Origin: Paramecium tetraurelia
Taxonomy: Eukaryota
Reading direction: 5' to 3'
NCBI GenBank assembly: GCA_000165425.1
Contig: CT868659.1
Span: 310,001 to 358,756 of the forward strand
Length of the DNA: 48,756 nt
Below are positions 13,641 through 26,558 of the stretch, one piece after another. Made by a program: the position numbers and the translations under genes. Numbering within the stretch: the first letter of the stretch is position 1; every line of letters starts with the position of its first letter. The notes below the pieces were generated by a model. It did no database searches. It was not told the DNA's origin and worked only from the letters and a program-made list of their open reading frames with translations.

Positions 13641-14774
13641 TCAATTGTATTATTAATATCTTAATAGTTATTATTCTTTCTCTTAGAGATTTCTAGACAT
13701 TACTAAGAGGAGATTTTACAGGTCTCTTATTTATGGATTATCTTTTACATTTCTTTTATAATTATCAAGTTCCCTATGTAATCTATCAATTTCTATATCC
13801 TTTAATTCTAAATACTCCATAGCTTCCTTTAACTCATCCTCTTTATTGGTTTATTGCATGTGTTATTTGATTTCATCAATTTGATTGAGAACTTCTACTA
13901 ATTATTACTCCTTGGCTTACAATTCAGATGCTAATTCTTTTAATCTCCTCTGTGTAAACAATAATTACTATTTAAGTTATGAGTTGTTGTAAGTCAGTTC
14001 CTGAATCTCAAGAGTTAAGGTTTCATAACACTTTGTAGGTCTTTTCAAAGATCCACTATTCTTTCTGCTGACCTTCTATAACTCTGTTTCATATGTTCTA
14101 TTCATATTTTGAGACATCTGTAAATTGATATCTTTACTCTTCAATTAATCATTGAGACTCGACAATTCGGCTCTTTTTTATGTCAATTCTTTCTGGCACT
14201 TCTATAATTGCTTTTGGTACTCTTTAACTTATTAATCTTTCTTTATCAATAATGTTTCAGCTTCTGTTGATGTTTCAGTCAAAATTTGTATTTTATTTTT
14301 TAGAGTAGCCAATTCTATCATTACATCTTATTTAAAGGATGATTCATCAAGTCTTTTAAGACCTTCAAACTTCTTTTCTAATTAGGAGTAGCGTTGTCTC
14401 TCTTGAAAATACATCTTTTCGTATTGATCTTAATCAGTTTAGATACTTATAGATTTCATTTCTTTATTGTATTATTGAGTCTCCTTCAATTCAAGTGCTA
14501 ATTGTTTTAATTCATACTTATATCGTTCAATAATCTACTTAAAACATTAAATTACTTTGATTTCTCCTTCTCTCAAATGATTAACTAATGTCATTATTTG
14601 ATTAAGAATCGTGAGTATCTCTGAAGAGTTGCAATCCTCTTCATTCTCTAATATTACAGGTAATTGATTCTCATCTGTTTCATCTGACAATTACTTAACT
14701 TCTTCCCAATATTCATTCTGATCTTATTTGAATTCTTCTAAACGTTAAAAGAGAATTTGCAATTATTATTCCAT
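13641..14774 (-). CDS. Coiled-coil hypothetical protein
   Basis: MEQQLQILFQRLEEFKQDQNEYWEEVK.. long E/K/Q-rich heptad ORF with tiny introns, ending ..LRYQQYN*. Confidence 0.8.
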
Positions 14775-14784
14775 AAATTTATTT

Positions 14785-15153
14785 ATGGCTTAAAATTTTC
14801 ACGGCAATCTACCAAAAGAGTTCGAAGGATTCCTCCATGAAGTCAAATCTGTGGTTTAGGCCAGACAACAAGCATTGAATGAAAACATTCAATAAGAATA
14901 AAGGAAGTGCATTGAAGGAAAGAAGGAATAAGACTTTTTGAAGTGTTAAACTCTATTAGCAAAGAAGTTAGAGAAGAATGAAGCATTGTTTTGTATGTCC
15001 ACATGATTTATCAAAGAGTTCAAGATGATATATTGGAGAGAGACATCAGTCTAATGTTTCAAGGCATAAGAATAAAAAGGTGCAGGAACTGATCAATGTA
15101 AGGCTGATTCTAAGAAATTGTTGGAGACTGTCTTTGATTCCTTTAAAATATGA
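14785..15153 (+). CDS. Small helical protein with two Cys pairs (Cx11C, Cx13C), ~114 aa
   Basis: MAQNFHGNLPKEFEGFLHEVK..KCIEGKKEQDFLKCQ..VQCFKAQEQKGAGTDQCKADSKKLLETVFDSFKI*. One 25 nt intron. Confidence 0.8.
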
Positions 15154-15241
15154 ATATATGTATAAGCGAGTTTAATAAATTTTAGACTTATGGTTTTATT
15201 ATTTTTATACAATACAAATTATAAAATTAAGGTAATAATTA

Positions 15242-16968
15242 TCATTAATCATCATCATCAATTTTAAAATTGTTAACTATTTAATGAGCAGGAGGATGAG
15301 GAGTATCTTATCTAATACCATGTGATTCGCTGCCTTCTCCCTAAAACTTCTCATATTTTTTAATTTATTCTTTAAATTGGATCAATTATGATTGAGTTTT
15401 CCTTCTATAACATGCAAATACAAGTATACTCAAAATGAGAGCCCCTCCTAAAGCTGCACAGATTATTATTAGAATATTTTATTAATATGACTAAATATCT
15501 TCAAGCACTTTAATATATAATTTTGTTTGGAATTGACAAACTAATAAATCTTTGCTTACAATATCATCCTTATATTCATTTTTTTAATCGCATTCACTTA
15601 AAGTAGCTTAGACATCATAAACAAAAGTCTTCAATTATTAATTTAACAATTACCTAGCCAATTAATGTTTCATCTTCTGTATAGCAGGAAATTTAACCTT
15701 CAAAGTTTTACCATTAATATAAGACGATTTAATTAGGATCGACTCCATATAAGATGTTCTTCGTTGAATTCTTGTACCAATTATGTACTGTATCATCTTA
15801 ATGTTCAATATTCAATTCATGAAATCCCAATAAGACTGCATTTGATAACATAAACGGGTAATTATTGAATATTCGCTAAGTATATGATTAAATTGATACA
15901 GTGAAGATATTAGGTAAGGAATGTCTAATTATGTTATGAGTATCTACTCCTCTCAATATTGCATATTTACCATTGATATACACTTCTTCTGCATTAATTT
16001 TTAGTTTATGTTGACTCTCTAATAGCCATACTCCTTTATCAAGGTTTATTTCAATATCAACAAAAATAACATGTTTCTATGGACGAATCAATATGCTTAG
16101 ACTTTCATCATTATCCTAATCAAATGCAATTCCGTAGTCAATTGGAATAATTGATAAATTGGGATGCTTAGTAAGGAGACCATCTTTGGTAATTTGATAA
16201 ATATGAATTCCATCATTTTTTAACATGTATAATATTTCTCCATTCTCTCCACCCAATGCAATATCGATTATATGTTATTTGTCCTCAATGGTCTGGTTAA
16301 AGATGATAGCCTTATTGGTTGGGTCAATTTTATAAATCATCAAACCTTTTTTGGTTGCCACATAAAGATACCCTAAACTACTCAGAACTTCATTGATTTC
16401 CATTTAAGTAATGTTCTAGGATACAACATTGTTTGTGTCATCTAAAATTAGAACAGTTTTTGTGTAAAATAAAATAGTTAAATTAGTTTCAATACTGTAG
16501 ATTCCTGATTAATAAATTTGAGTCTAAGCCATGTGGGAGTTTAAAACCATAGTATTTTTGATGTCTAAAGATATAAAGTCAAATTCTATATAATTGTTTT
16601 GCTCTGTAACAAATCCCATAGTTGTTTTTTTATTGATTGCGGCAATAATTTAATCTGAAAGAGTGGTGTACATCTCCTAATCTTATTTTATTATCTGCTT
16701 TGATATATTTGTTGTTATTGAGATATAATCATGATTCACTCCACATAGGGTTGTTTTATTATCTGAGGTAATTGAGCTTTTCAGTATAGATCCCTATGGA
16801 TATTGAAATAGCACTGCCTCCTCATTAATTTCCAAATCATAATGCTTTATTTCCTATGCTAATATTCTAAACAATTCAAATACTTTGATTCAAAATAATG
16901 GCATAGTCACTCAGATTTTTAATATTGTCACCAAAGACAGTCACTATTCCCAATAAGAATATAATCAT
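15242..16968 (-). CDS. Type I membrane protein (signal peptide, beta-rich luminal domain, C-terminal TM)
   Basis: MIIFLLGIVTVFGD signal. TM ILIIICAALGGALILSILVFAC near the C-terminus, then a short cytosolic tail ending DDDDQ*. Several tiny introns. Confidence 0.8.
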
Positions 16969-16979
16969 TTTATTTAATT

Positions 16980-18181
16980 ATGAAAAAAAACACAATTAAT
17001 CCAAGCAAATAGAATGAATGCATTTTTGATCTTCTACCTGAAGCATCTCCAACACTTTAGACTGAATTCAAGAAACAACAACCAATTAAATAAGAAACCT
17101 CAATAATTAATACTCAAGATTAAACAGATAAATATGGTTTCAAGTCACAAAAAGAATTGAAACAGAAAAATGATCCAAAAACTCTGAATGCCAGAATACA
17201 AAAATGGAGAATCACGATAGATCTCTTTGATAAACAAGAAAAACCAGATAAAAAATTACTTAAAAATAGAACTCGCAAAGTATTATACTGCTTATCAAAA
17301 GGGCATTCCTGATGGTTTCAGAAACTTAGCTTGGCCATATTTAGCTGGAGTACCACAAGCAAAAATAGATTCCATCATTTATTTGAAATGTGGAAAATAT
17401 GAGGAATTCCTCAAAAGTCAAGAATTTAATTTTGAACATTAAATCAGATTGGATGTTCTACGTACATTTCCTGATAATGTTAATTTTCAAGTATTCATAT
17501 ATATATAACTAAAAGGATTAAACTGTTTTATCTGAATCTCTTGTAAATGTTCTTAAAGCCTTATCTGTTGCCATCTCCGACATGGGCTATTGTCAAGGCT
17601 TAAACTTCTTAACAGCTGCCCTTATTATGGTGACAAATGATGAAAATGTAAAATATAATTGTATTATATTAGGCATTTTGGATTTTATTTCGTCTAATGA
17701 CTAAATATAATCAGGCAGAAAAATATAAAAATCCAAGTTCACTTCTGAGAGAATTCTTTATCTTGGATTGCTTGATAAATCAATACTATCCAACAACTGC
17801 CAAAATCTTAAAGAAGAATAATATTGATTTGTTCTATTTTGCAACTGAATGGTAGAATATAGAATTATATTCTATAGGTTTATCACTCTATTTGCATCTA
17901 CTTTACCAATAGATCTATTCTATAGAGTCTTTGAAATATTCCTACTTGAGGGGGAAAAAACTCTATTTAGATGCGCCTTGGCTATAATTCATTTTAAAGA
18001 GTAGAAATTAATTTAATTACAAAACAATTTTGAAATAAGTTTGAGACACTTAAAATCTTTAGATGATTTCTTCACAATTGATAATGATCAATTTATAAAC
18101 GTCATGTTTAATAAATTCAAATTCTCTAGATAGTTAATCTAGCAATTAGAAGAGAAGTACAAAAAATAGAAGAAAAAATGA
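16980..18181 (+). CDS. TBC-domain Rab GTPase-activating protein
   Basis: DKYGF, GIPDGFRNLAWPYLAG, R-finger QIRLDVLRTFP, Q-finger GYCQGLNF, EW|FITLF. About four tiny introns. Confidence 0.92.
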
Positions 18182-18238
18182 TCATAAATATTTAATTAAT
18201 TATTTATACTTAAATATATCCTAAATATAATAAATTAC

Positions 18239-20068
18239 TCATTGTTTTTTAAAAATATTTAATTTGCCCCAGAATCCACCTTTCTTTGGCTCTTCCAATG
18301 TTGGATAGGTTAAGTATGAATGTGCCTATTAATTTAAATAATTTAATTACAATATCCAATTATATTGGTTTAGGTGGAATTGGTTGCATCAATGAAATTA
18401 AATCAGCTGGTTTATAAGATAACACATTGTCTAAAGTAATTTATTCAGGAGAGTCTAATAATTCAAACAAAGTCTTCTAATTTTATTTATCCTCCAAACC
18501 AATATTTTAAATTTCTTATCCAATTGTTTTCACTTGATCTTATTAAAGTTTCAATCCATTTAGTTTACTCTTATTTTATATTTATGTTGACAAAGGAACA
18601 AGCAATTTCAATAAACCATGAGGTTCCAATTTATTCTCAATATATTTCCTATCAGCCATTCTTGTTAAATCATCATGATATTTCAATAAACTGTAAGCCT
18701 CTCTATACTTTTCGTTGGTAAAGTAGAGACAGCCAACAAAGAAACAACGAAGTGCTTTACAGAAGAATTCTTTAGCATCTAGAATTTTGAATAATGTGAT
18801 ATCCTTATTGAAACGTTCTTCATCCATAATTTATCTCAGAATTTAGGAATAATTGTCACAATATTTAATGATTTCTTATGGAGTGGTTAATTTTAATTTA
18901 AGTGCCTTTTTAGTTTGTAAGTTCTAAAGATTATTGACTCCATCTTCCTTGATGAATTTTTCAGTGTATTATTTGATATGCATTTCATTTCTATCTAATG
19001 TTGCAGATTATCTTTAATAATTTATATACCCTAACACCTTAGAGTGTATTTCCTTTTCTTGCTCAGATGTTGATTAATCCTTGTCTATCTTAACGTACTT
19101 GGATGCTTCATCATAAAGTGAGAATAAAGTTGTAAATGAATCCAAATCACCTATTAGTTTGCTTTCTTGAATCTTAAGAATCAATTTAACTACCTTTTCA
19201 TTTTTGATAGGTAACTTAGAATCTTAGTATTCAATTTCGAAAGAACCTTATTATTGAGTCATCTTTGCTTGTCTCTATTCTTCAAGCATCTCTTAAAATT
19301 TGGCAATCATAATGGGATCGCTTTGATCTTTTAACATTTTTGTCAATTCATCAGCAGATAGAGTAGCCAATTTCTTTGCTTTAGCATTACAATATCTAAT
19401 TTATTAATTTAATTATTCCAATCTCTCCTAATATACTCCAGAGCTAAATTAATCGCAGACTTTAATTATTTATTCATAAATAGTATAACATTTAGCAAAT
19501 GATTCCAATGCTCTTTCCCATTTTTCAGTTTCAAAGTGATACAATCCTTATAAATACCAATTATATGCTTCTGATTCTAATGAAGTTCTCTTTTCAGTTC
19601 TCTATTCACAAATTGTAGTTAATTATTTAGAATATTAGATTGCTCTCTTAAATTTCTTAACCAAATAAACCTTCACTTATCTTTTATTGATTTTCTTATT
19701 GACTCCACTATTAATCAATTATTTCAAAGTCATAGCATGTGCCCAATTCTTTTCAGCTTAATACAATAATACTTATAAAACACGTGGATCATTCTAATTT
19801 CAATATTTGGATTATACCTTGACCACATCTTAAATCACTTTCTTTTGAAATCTCTTTCCATGAGTAAATTGCATTTAGTGTCTTAGTTTGCTTATTTTAT
19901 TATAGCAATATGTCCTATATCTTTAGTAATCTCCATGTTGTAGGCCATAATTTCTCTAAGTTTCTCTTATTCTTTAGAACACTAGTGAATATAAAGTCAA
20001 TTAATACCGAACAAGGAACCCAAGTTTTATAATTGTTCTTATTATTCTTCCTCTTCCATTTATTACAT
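18239..20068 (-). CDS. SRP68: Signal recognition particle subunit SRP68
   Basis: QRNYGLQHGDYQRYRTYC, LLYQAEKNWAHAMTLK and C-terminal PIPPKPIYLDI|AHSYLTYP..GGFWG are SRP68 signatures. Confidence 0.93.
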
Positions 20069-20110
20069 TTTTATTTATCAATAATATAATAAAAAAAAAT
20101 AATATAAAAG

Positions 20111-20635
20111 TCAGTTATTGTCTTAATATACATCTTCGAGTTCTCCGACATTCTCATAAAATTCACTAATTTATTTAATGCTTGAAAAACTCTCCATATT
20201 TTTTTATAAATTCTCTAATCCTTTTGATAAGGTTTCATTTTATTGTACTAATTCCATCTATAAAATCGATAAATATAATACATTCTTCATCCTTAATTTC
20301 TCGGCATGGATTTCCCCCTCATTATAAACTCTTTTAACTAATAGTCGAAGGTCTTAAATCTAAATATAAATGTATTTATAAACCTCATTAACTAGTTCTT
20401 CTTGCTTAATTTCAAGCATATTCGCCTTCTCTTGCAATTTTTAATTATCTTCCTTCAATCTACTATTCTCGTTTAATAAAATTCTCTCTTTAGTTTAAGT
20501 ACTGGAAATGTAATTAGTGAATGCCTATTATTGAAGTTATCTTAAAATCATCTATCAAATATGATTATTTTCTACCTCTTATATGTCTTATTAGTTGTCC
20601 TAAATAGGAAAGCTCTCAAATTGTGAGTCCATCAT
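20111..20635 (-). CDS. Small coiled-coil hypothetical protein
   Basis: MMDSQFESFPIQ..LLNENSRLKEDNQKLQEKANMLEIKQEELVNE|IQDLRLLVKRVYNEGE..; two or three tiny introns. Confidence 0.72.
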
Positions 20636-20668
20636 TTAAATATTATATATAAAAATTAAAAATAATAC

Positions 20669-22301
20669 TCAATTTAATTTTACTTTCCAAGGTTTAACAA
20701 AGAAGTGTTATACCTTTTAATATTGCAGAAATAATAAGATTGCAATAATCACAATGAAACAGGTACTTCCGTAAAAGCATCCTTTTACCCATGGTTCTGT
20801 GTTTAAGTATGAATGCTCTGCAAATAATATTACTTCTTTAAAAGCCTATTACATTAGTTTTTAGAAATACATTTGTAATTCCTTCATCTATAAAACAATT
20901 ATATTTTTGATATTCGTGATATATTCTATTCTGGCCATCAATTCCTTTTAGACCATCGGCTTATGTGTAATAAATTATACCCAAAGCTATATTACTCATG
21001 GATAAAATAAAAGAAATCACCAATTAATACTCAATATGTTAAAATTTTGTAAAGTCTACGCTTATGAAAGTCACATCTCTGAGTAAATAAAACAACAAAG
21101 AAGTAATTAATAAAACAGTTGTTAACACTAAAGATATTTTGCCTACATAATGACTGTATGCAATGATAGTCTCTCCTTGTAATCTCAGCGTTTTAATACT
21201 ATTTGGATCAACAAAATTACATTCTGGATGCGTTGAATTAATGGTTATTCGACTCATTATTTATAGTGTGTAAGTATCCATACTATCAATATAATCTAAA
21301 AAGTATGGTATGGTTTAGAAATTAGTAAAATCATTATCATCATATACTATTTAAACTAATAATCTGAATCTATTATTTTTGAGTAATTGAACGTATTTCC
21401 ATATTTGTCACATCCTTTCTCAGGAACAATGTTTAAAGGATAATATTTACCACTTTAAAACTTAGGTTAAACTTGTGAATTTAAACACATAGAGTTAGGA
21501 GAAACACCTGGAACAATTTAAAAATTTATTAATGGTGTTGAACCGTTACGATACTTATTGAAATATTTTGACCCAATTTTTATTTACTTTTCAGTTTGTG
21601 ATTTTGTTTCAATTAAATCTGTAATTGGACATTTAGGATTCGATGATGATATACATATTCCATTTGCACATTTATAGTAATCATGTGGACAATCTTAATT
21701 CCCAACCCATTTCCATTTTTGCGCAAATTCCACACAATACATTTCTCCCTTCCAATACTAGAATTGTTGTCTTTTATAATACAGAACACTCTGGCAATCA
21801 GATTTAAAATGAGTATAACAATAGGATCTTTCTTTTAATTCGCCATTTGAACAGAGACAACCTATGTCATTATCATTGTTTACCTGAGTTAATTCCTTCC
21901 CAAATACCAATGGTAGTAATTTCAAATCCATATGGGCAACTCTAATAGTGTCGATGGAGTCGATTGATTTCGATTGTGTTTTAAATATCGAGGATTGGTG
22001 ATGAAGCTAAGTTTTCTTGGAGAGTTTTCAAGGTGGCAGAAGCACTGACTGGATCTTTTTAAGGTTGCTGTTGTTGATGCATTTGAATCATAAGAATGAA
22101 GATGAATGTGCCATAGATTAAGGGCATAAGAAATATAGGAAGTGAGAATGGACTAGATGTTTCATTCAGTATTTCTGATGGAACATCTTCATAAAAATTG
22201 AGTCATGATTTACTTTGATGAATATCAATAGAAGGACTGTGGCTCTGTTCTTGCCATTCACGTTTTTGAAGTTATAAAGATCTCTGAATTGACAATTTCA
22301 T
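20669..22301 (-). CDS. Multi-pass membrane protein with Cys-rich extracellular domain (ciliate-type family)
   Basis: N-terminal TM, then CPYGFE..WEGINSG|CLCSNG..YWKGEMYC..CPHDYYKCANGICI..KCPITDL, then three C-terminal hydrophobic segments. Confidence 0.8.
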
Positions 22302-22519
22302 CTTTTAATAATTTGATATGTAAAAACATATTCATATATTTATAAGTATATCGAATATAAAGAATAGTCAATTAAAAATACTTTTATTGTTTATTGTCAT
22401 ATGATTAATAGTTATTAATTTGTTAGAAACCGTCTTAAATCACGATTTTTCGAGTAGAGTTAAGTTTGAATCATGTAAAAAACAAATGTTTAACGTTATC
22501 TATTTAATTAATAAATTAA

Positions 22520-24446
22520 ATGTAGAAGTCACACTTTAAGAACCTCAAGGACTTACTTCAAAATAAGTATTCCTACTAGGAAGCCAAACCTAATTCTCGT
22601 ACTTCCTCCATTGCTGAAGTCTTGTAGAATCTTAAGAAAAATAAGGATTCGACTCCAGTCTCCAGCATGAAGGAGGAAATCATCAATTTTACTAAAGCTA
22701 TAGGTTTTGGAATATAGGCTCCTCCCTCTAAATCAAAATCTAAGGAGAAATAAGCATTACCAAAGAGCATAGAGAAGTAATCATATAATTTTTGATTTTA
22801 GAAAACCGATTTTAAACAATATAGCACCTTAATCAAAGGGTAATAGTCGAAACAATAGTTCTTAGAGTAGAAATACTTCGGCACATTCAATTGTTGTTGA
22901 AAAGTAAGTGAAATTAATATGTTAGCACAAATCGATCAATTGCCAGAGATCCAAAAATACCAAAAGGATTTTAAACTGGGAGATTAAGAGAAAGACAAGA
23001 AATGAATTCAATAGTGGAATAATAAAAAATAAAAATACTTAATTAATCACAGGATCAATAAAAATAATCTCTCAACAACAGCAATGTAAGTAAATAAGGA
23101 ACCATAGATCTAGTTAACTTATTAAAGCAATAGTAAAATCAAAAATAATAATAAACAAATGAGACAATAAACGAAAGTAAAACTTTCGGTGAAGAATTCT
23201 GTGGATTGAATAAAGGACATTTCATTTATAATTATGTGATAGGAAAAGGAGGATTTGGAAAAGTATGGAAGGTAGAATTGAAGAAAAATAGATAACTGTT
23301 TGCTATGAAAGAAATGATGAAATCTAAAATCATAGCCAAGAGGAGTATCAACTCTGTAATGAATGAAAAAGAATTATTATCATAATTGAGACATCCATTC
23401 TTAGTCAACATGTGTTATGCCTTCTAAGATAGAGACAACCTCTATTTGATTATGGATTTGTTAACAGGAGGAGATCTAAGATTCCATATTGGTAAAATGA
23501 AGAGATTTAAGGAACATTAAACAAGTATTGATATAATTAATTTAGAATTTTTCATTGCCTGCATTGTAAGTGGATTAGAATATCTTCATAACAATAACAT
23601 TATTCATAGAGATATTAAACCAGAAAATATAGTACTTGACAAACGAGTAATCATTAAATATTAATTAAGGGTTATGCTAGAATTACAGATCTAGGCATTG
23701 CAAGAAAGGTTAGACCAGATAATTCATAAGACACTAGTGGTACTCCTGGTTATATGGGTAAATACTAATTTACTAATTCTTTTAGCACCTGAAGTTATGT
23801 GTAGATAAAATCATGGAATTGCAGTTGATTATTTCGCTTTAGGAGTTATCGCCTATGAATTTATGATAGGAAAAGTAATCTTTATTTTTAATTAATCAAA
23901 AGAGACCTTACAATGGAAAGTCAAGGAAAGAGATTAGAGATTAGATACTTGCTAAATAAGCATCTATCAAAAAAGAAGATCTACCAAATGGATGGTCTAT
24001 TGAAGCTATGGATTTTGTAAATAAAGTAACTCTTCTATTTAACTCTAGTTATTACAAAGAAAACCATAAAATAGATTAGGATTCAATGGTCCTTCCGAAG
24101 TCAAGAATCATCCATGGTTGAAAGGAGTACCTTGGGAAAAATTGTATCATAAAACAATTGAAGCACCTTATGTTCCTATTGTATTTATTAGAATAATAAT
24201 ATTAGAATGTCGAGGATATGTATAGGTAACAAATATCTGATGATGGAGAGGAATCATAAGATGAATTGATTAAGGAAAACTAATTATTATTAAGAAAAAA
24301 TAGTGTTTAAAGTATATTTAATAGTAGATTTAGATTTATTTGCCGGTTATGGATATGATTGCAATTAAGATCCTACTTATAAAGGAACTAGGAGTACCGC
24401 TTCAACGCATAATACAAGTCAACAGAATGAGACAATCAAATTTTGA
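22520..24446 (+). CDS. AGC-group Ser/Thr protein kinase (YANK/STK32-like) with low-complexity N-terminus
   Basis: [50 protein letters not shown]. Many tiny introns. Confidence 0.93.
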
Positions 24447-24480
24447 AACAATTAATTCATAATATATAAGTTCTATACAT

Positions 24481-25112
24481 TCATAATAATAAAATTAATA
24501 ACAGAGCTTAGAATGTAATAACAGCAAACATGCACCATAACTTCTTTTTTCCAGTTTTTTATTATTCTTCTGTTTTTGTGAAACTAATTTTAATCAAATC
24601 GAATTAGTAGTCTTAATTAACTATTTCCAAAGCTAAATCTTGAGTAAACCTTTTATTTTTATGCTTAATATTAGATTTAAACTAATTCCTCCTAATTTTT
24701 TCTAATGATTTCATTTTGCCTCTAATGTGGTTGAATTACTCAAATTATTAGACATCCATCATTTATAATTATGTACTATTTAAATCATTTTATTAATTAT
24801 TAGATGAATAACTCAATGTACCATTTTATATATCTAAATTGATATCATTTTCATCATTCGTTCAATATCCTTTAACAATTCCTTTAATTATTCTTATCCA
24901 TAATCATTAATCATAATTTTATATAATTATTGAAGTCTTTAAAGTTGACTATTGTATAAATCTCTTATTTTCTTGGTTCTACTTCTTTGTTCAACACCAT
25001 TAGATGACTTTGAGTTATTGAGTAAAGTACTTATTCAAATTTATTATTATTTCTTTTATACTCAAATTATCTATTTAAAGAGCTTTCAATTATAGAAACA
25101 CTTGATTAACAT
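24481..25112 (-). pseudogene. Tail-anchored SNARE-like gene, apparently frameshifted (intact 93-aa 3' ORF at 24481-24762)
   Basis: The 3' ORF ends KKKLWCMFAVITFQALLLILLL*. The upstream coiled-coil frame (..LKELLKDIER) joins it only through a frame change near 24855, and no typical intron rescues it. Confidence 0.4.
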
Positions 25113-25405
25113 TATGCTAATCATTTTCTAATTCCCTGATATTGTGATATGAAGATTAGAATAGTTTATGCTTTATTCATCAAAATAATAAAAATAATAG
25201 AACGAAGAACATAGTTTATTAATTTTGAAAATTGAAAATAAAAGCAGTAGTACTTGCAGTCCATCAACACTTTACTAGTAAATCTTAGAAGTGAGCACTA
25301 ACTTTCTATGATATAATTTGCATAGGTATCTCATACAATTAATCAAAAAATGTTTTATTATTAAATAATGAAGTATGAAGATCATTCATTTAATTAAATA
25401 TTAAA

Positions 25406-26521
25406 TCAATCACACCATTAGATTCTTTTACCATTAATCCATTAACCCTTTCTCTTGCCTTACTAACAATTAACGTACTCTCCGATTCCATGTTATTTAC
25501 CCATTTCCCATTATCCTGAATATTATCGAGAATCAGCTAACTAAATTACTAATAGGATTACGCCATGTTATAGTTCCAAACCCATGTTTCTTATCATTCT
25601 TGTATTCTCCTTCATAAACCGTACCATTGGACCATGTCATCTTGCCCTTTCCATCCATTTAATCGTTTAACCATTCCCCCTCATATTTTCTGCCATCATG
25701 CCAATAATAAATACTAGAACATATGGAGTTGAAAAATACCCTTATCCATTAAATTAATTATTCTTAAACCAACCTTCATAAAGAGAACCATCTGGAAATT
25801 TATAAACGCCTTAACCATCACGTTTACCTAATTTAAATTAACCTGTATAACTAGATTTATCAGAGAACAACTCAAAACCATATCCATTTTATAAATTCTC
25901 AAACCAATTTCCTTTGTACATGGCACCATCACCATGATAATACTCACCATATCCATGATGTTGATCATCTGCCCATTCTCCTATATAATAATCTCCATCA
26001 GCATAAATCATTCTACCCTTTCCATTGGCCAATCCTCTAGAGAACTATCCTTCATAAATTGATCCATTTTTCATGATTTAAACTCCTTTTTATTTAATAA
26101 CTGAATTTTACCTTTACTCCATTTTTGACCTTCTAACCATCCTCCTTTGTATAAACTTCCATTATTTAATTCATAAACTCCATAAAAATAAGCATCTGTC
26201 TCTTCTACTTCATATGGTCCCAATCTATCTAATAGTTCCTGCATTAAAATCATCTCGTACTTTGACTTTGAACGAGGATGTCTAGAACAATTAAGATGTC
26301 AAACTGGCCTCTTTAATGTCTGGTCGATGGATTTCTAACAGTAAGGAATCTTCCGTTTATCTGGTTTTCGTTTATGATGAATTCTTCTCCAAATCCCCTT
26401 GTATCATAGGTTCATCTGTGATTGCTGCTCCTTCTCTAATTGTCTCTATATTGCTAGTAAAATTGAGTGGAGGTGCCTCACTCAGCACTGTTATTTGTTC
26501 AGAACATACACATTGTCCCAT
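25406..26521 (-). CDS. MORN-repeat protein with N-terminal acylation motif
   Basis: MGQCVCSE start and repeated YxGxWxxxxxHGxG units ([42 protein letters not shown]). Tiny introns. Confidence 0.9.
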
Positions 26522-26558
26522 TATTTAATTTATTTATAAGTAGATAACTATTAATTTT

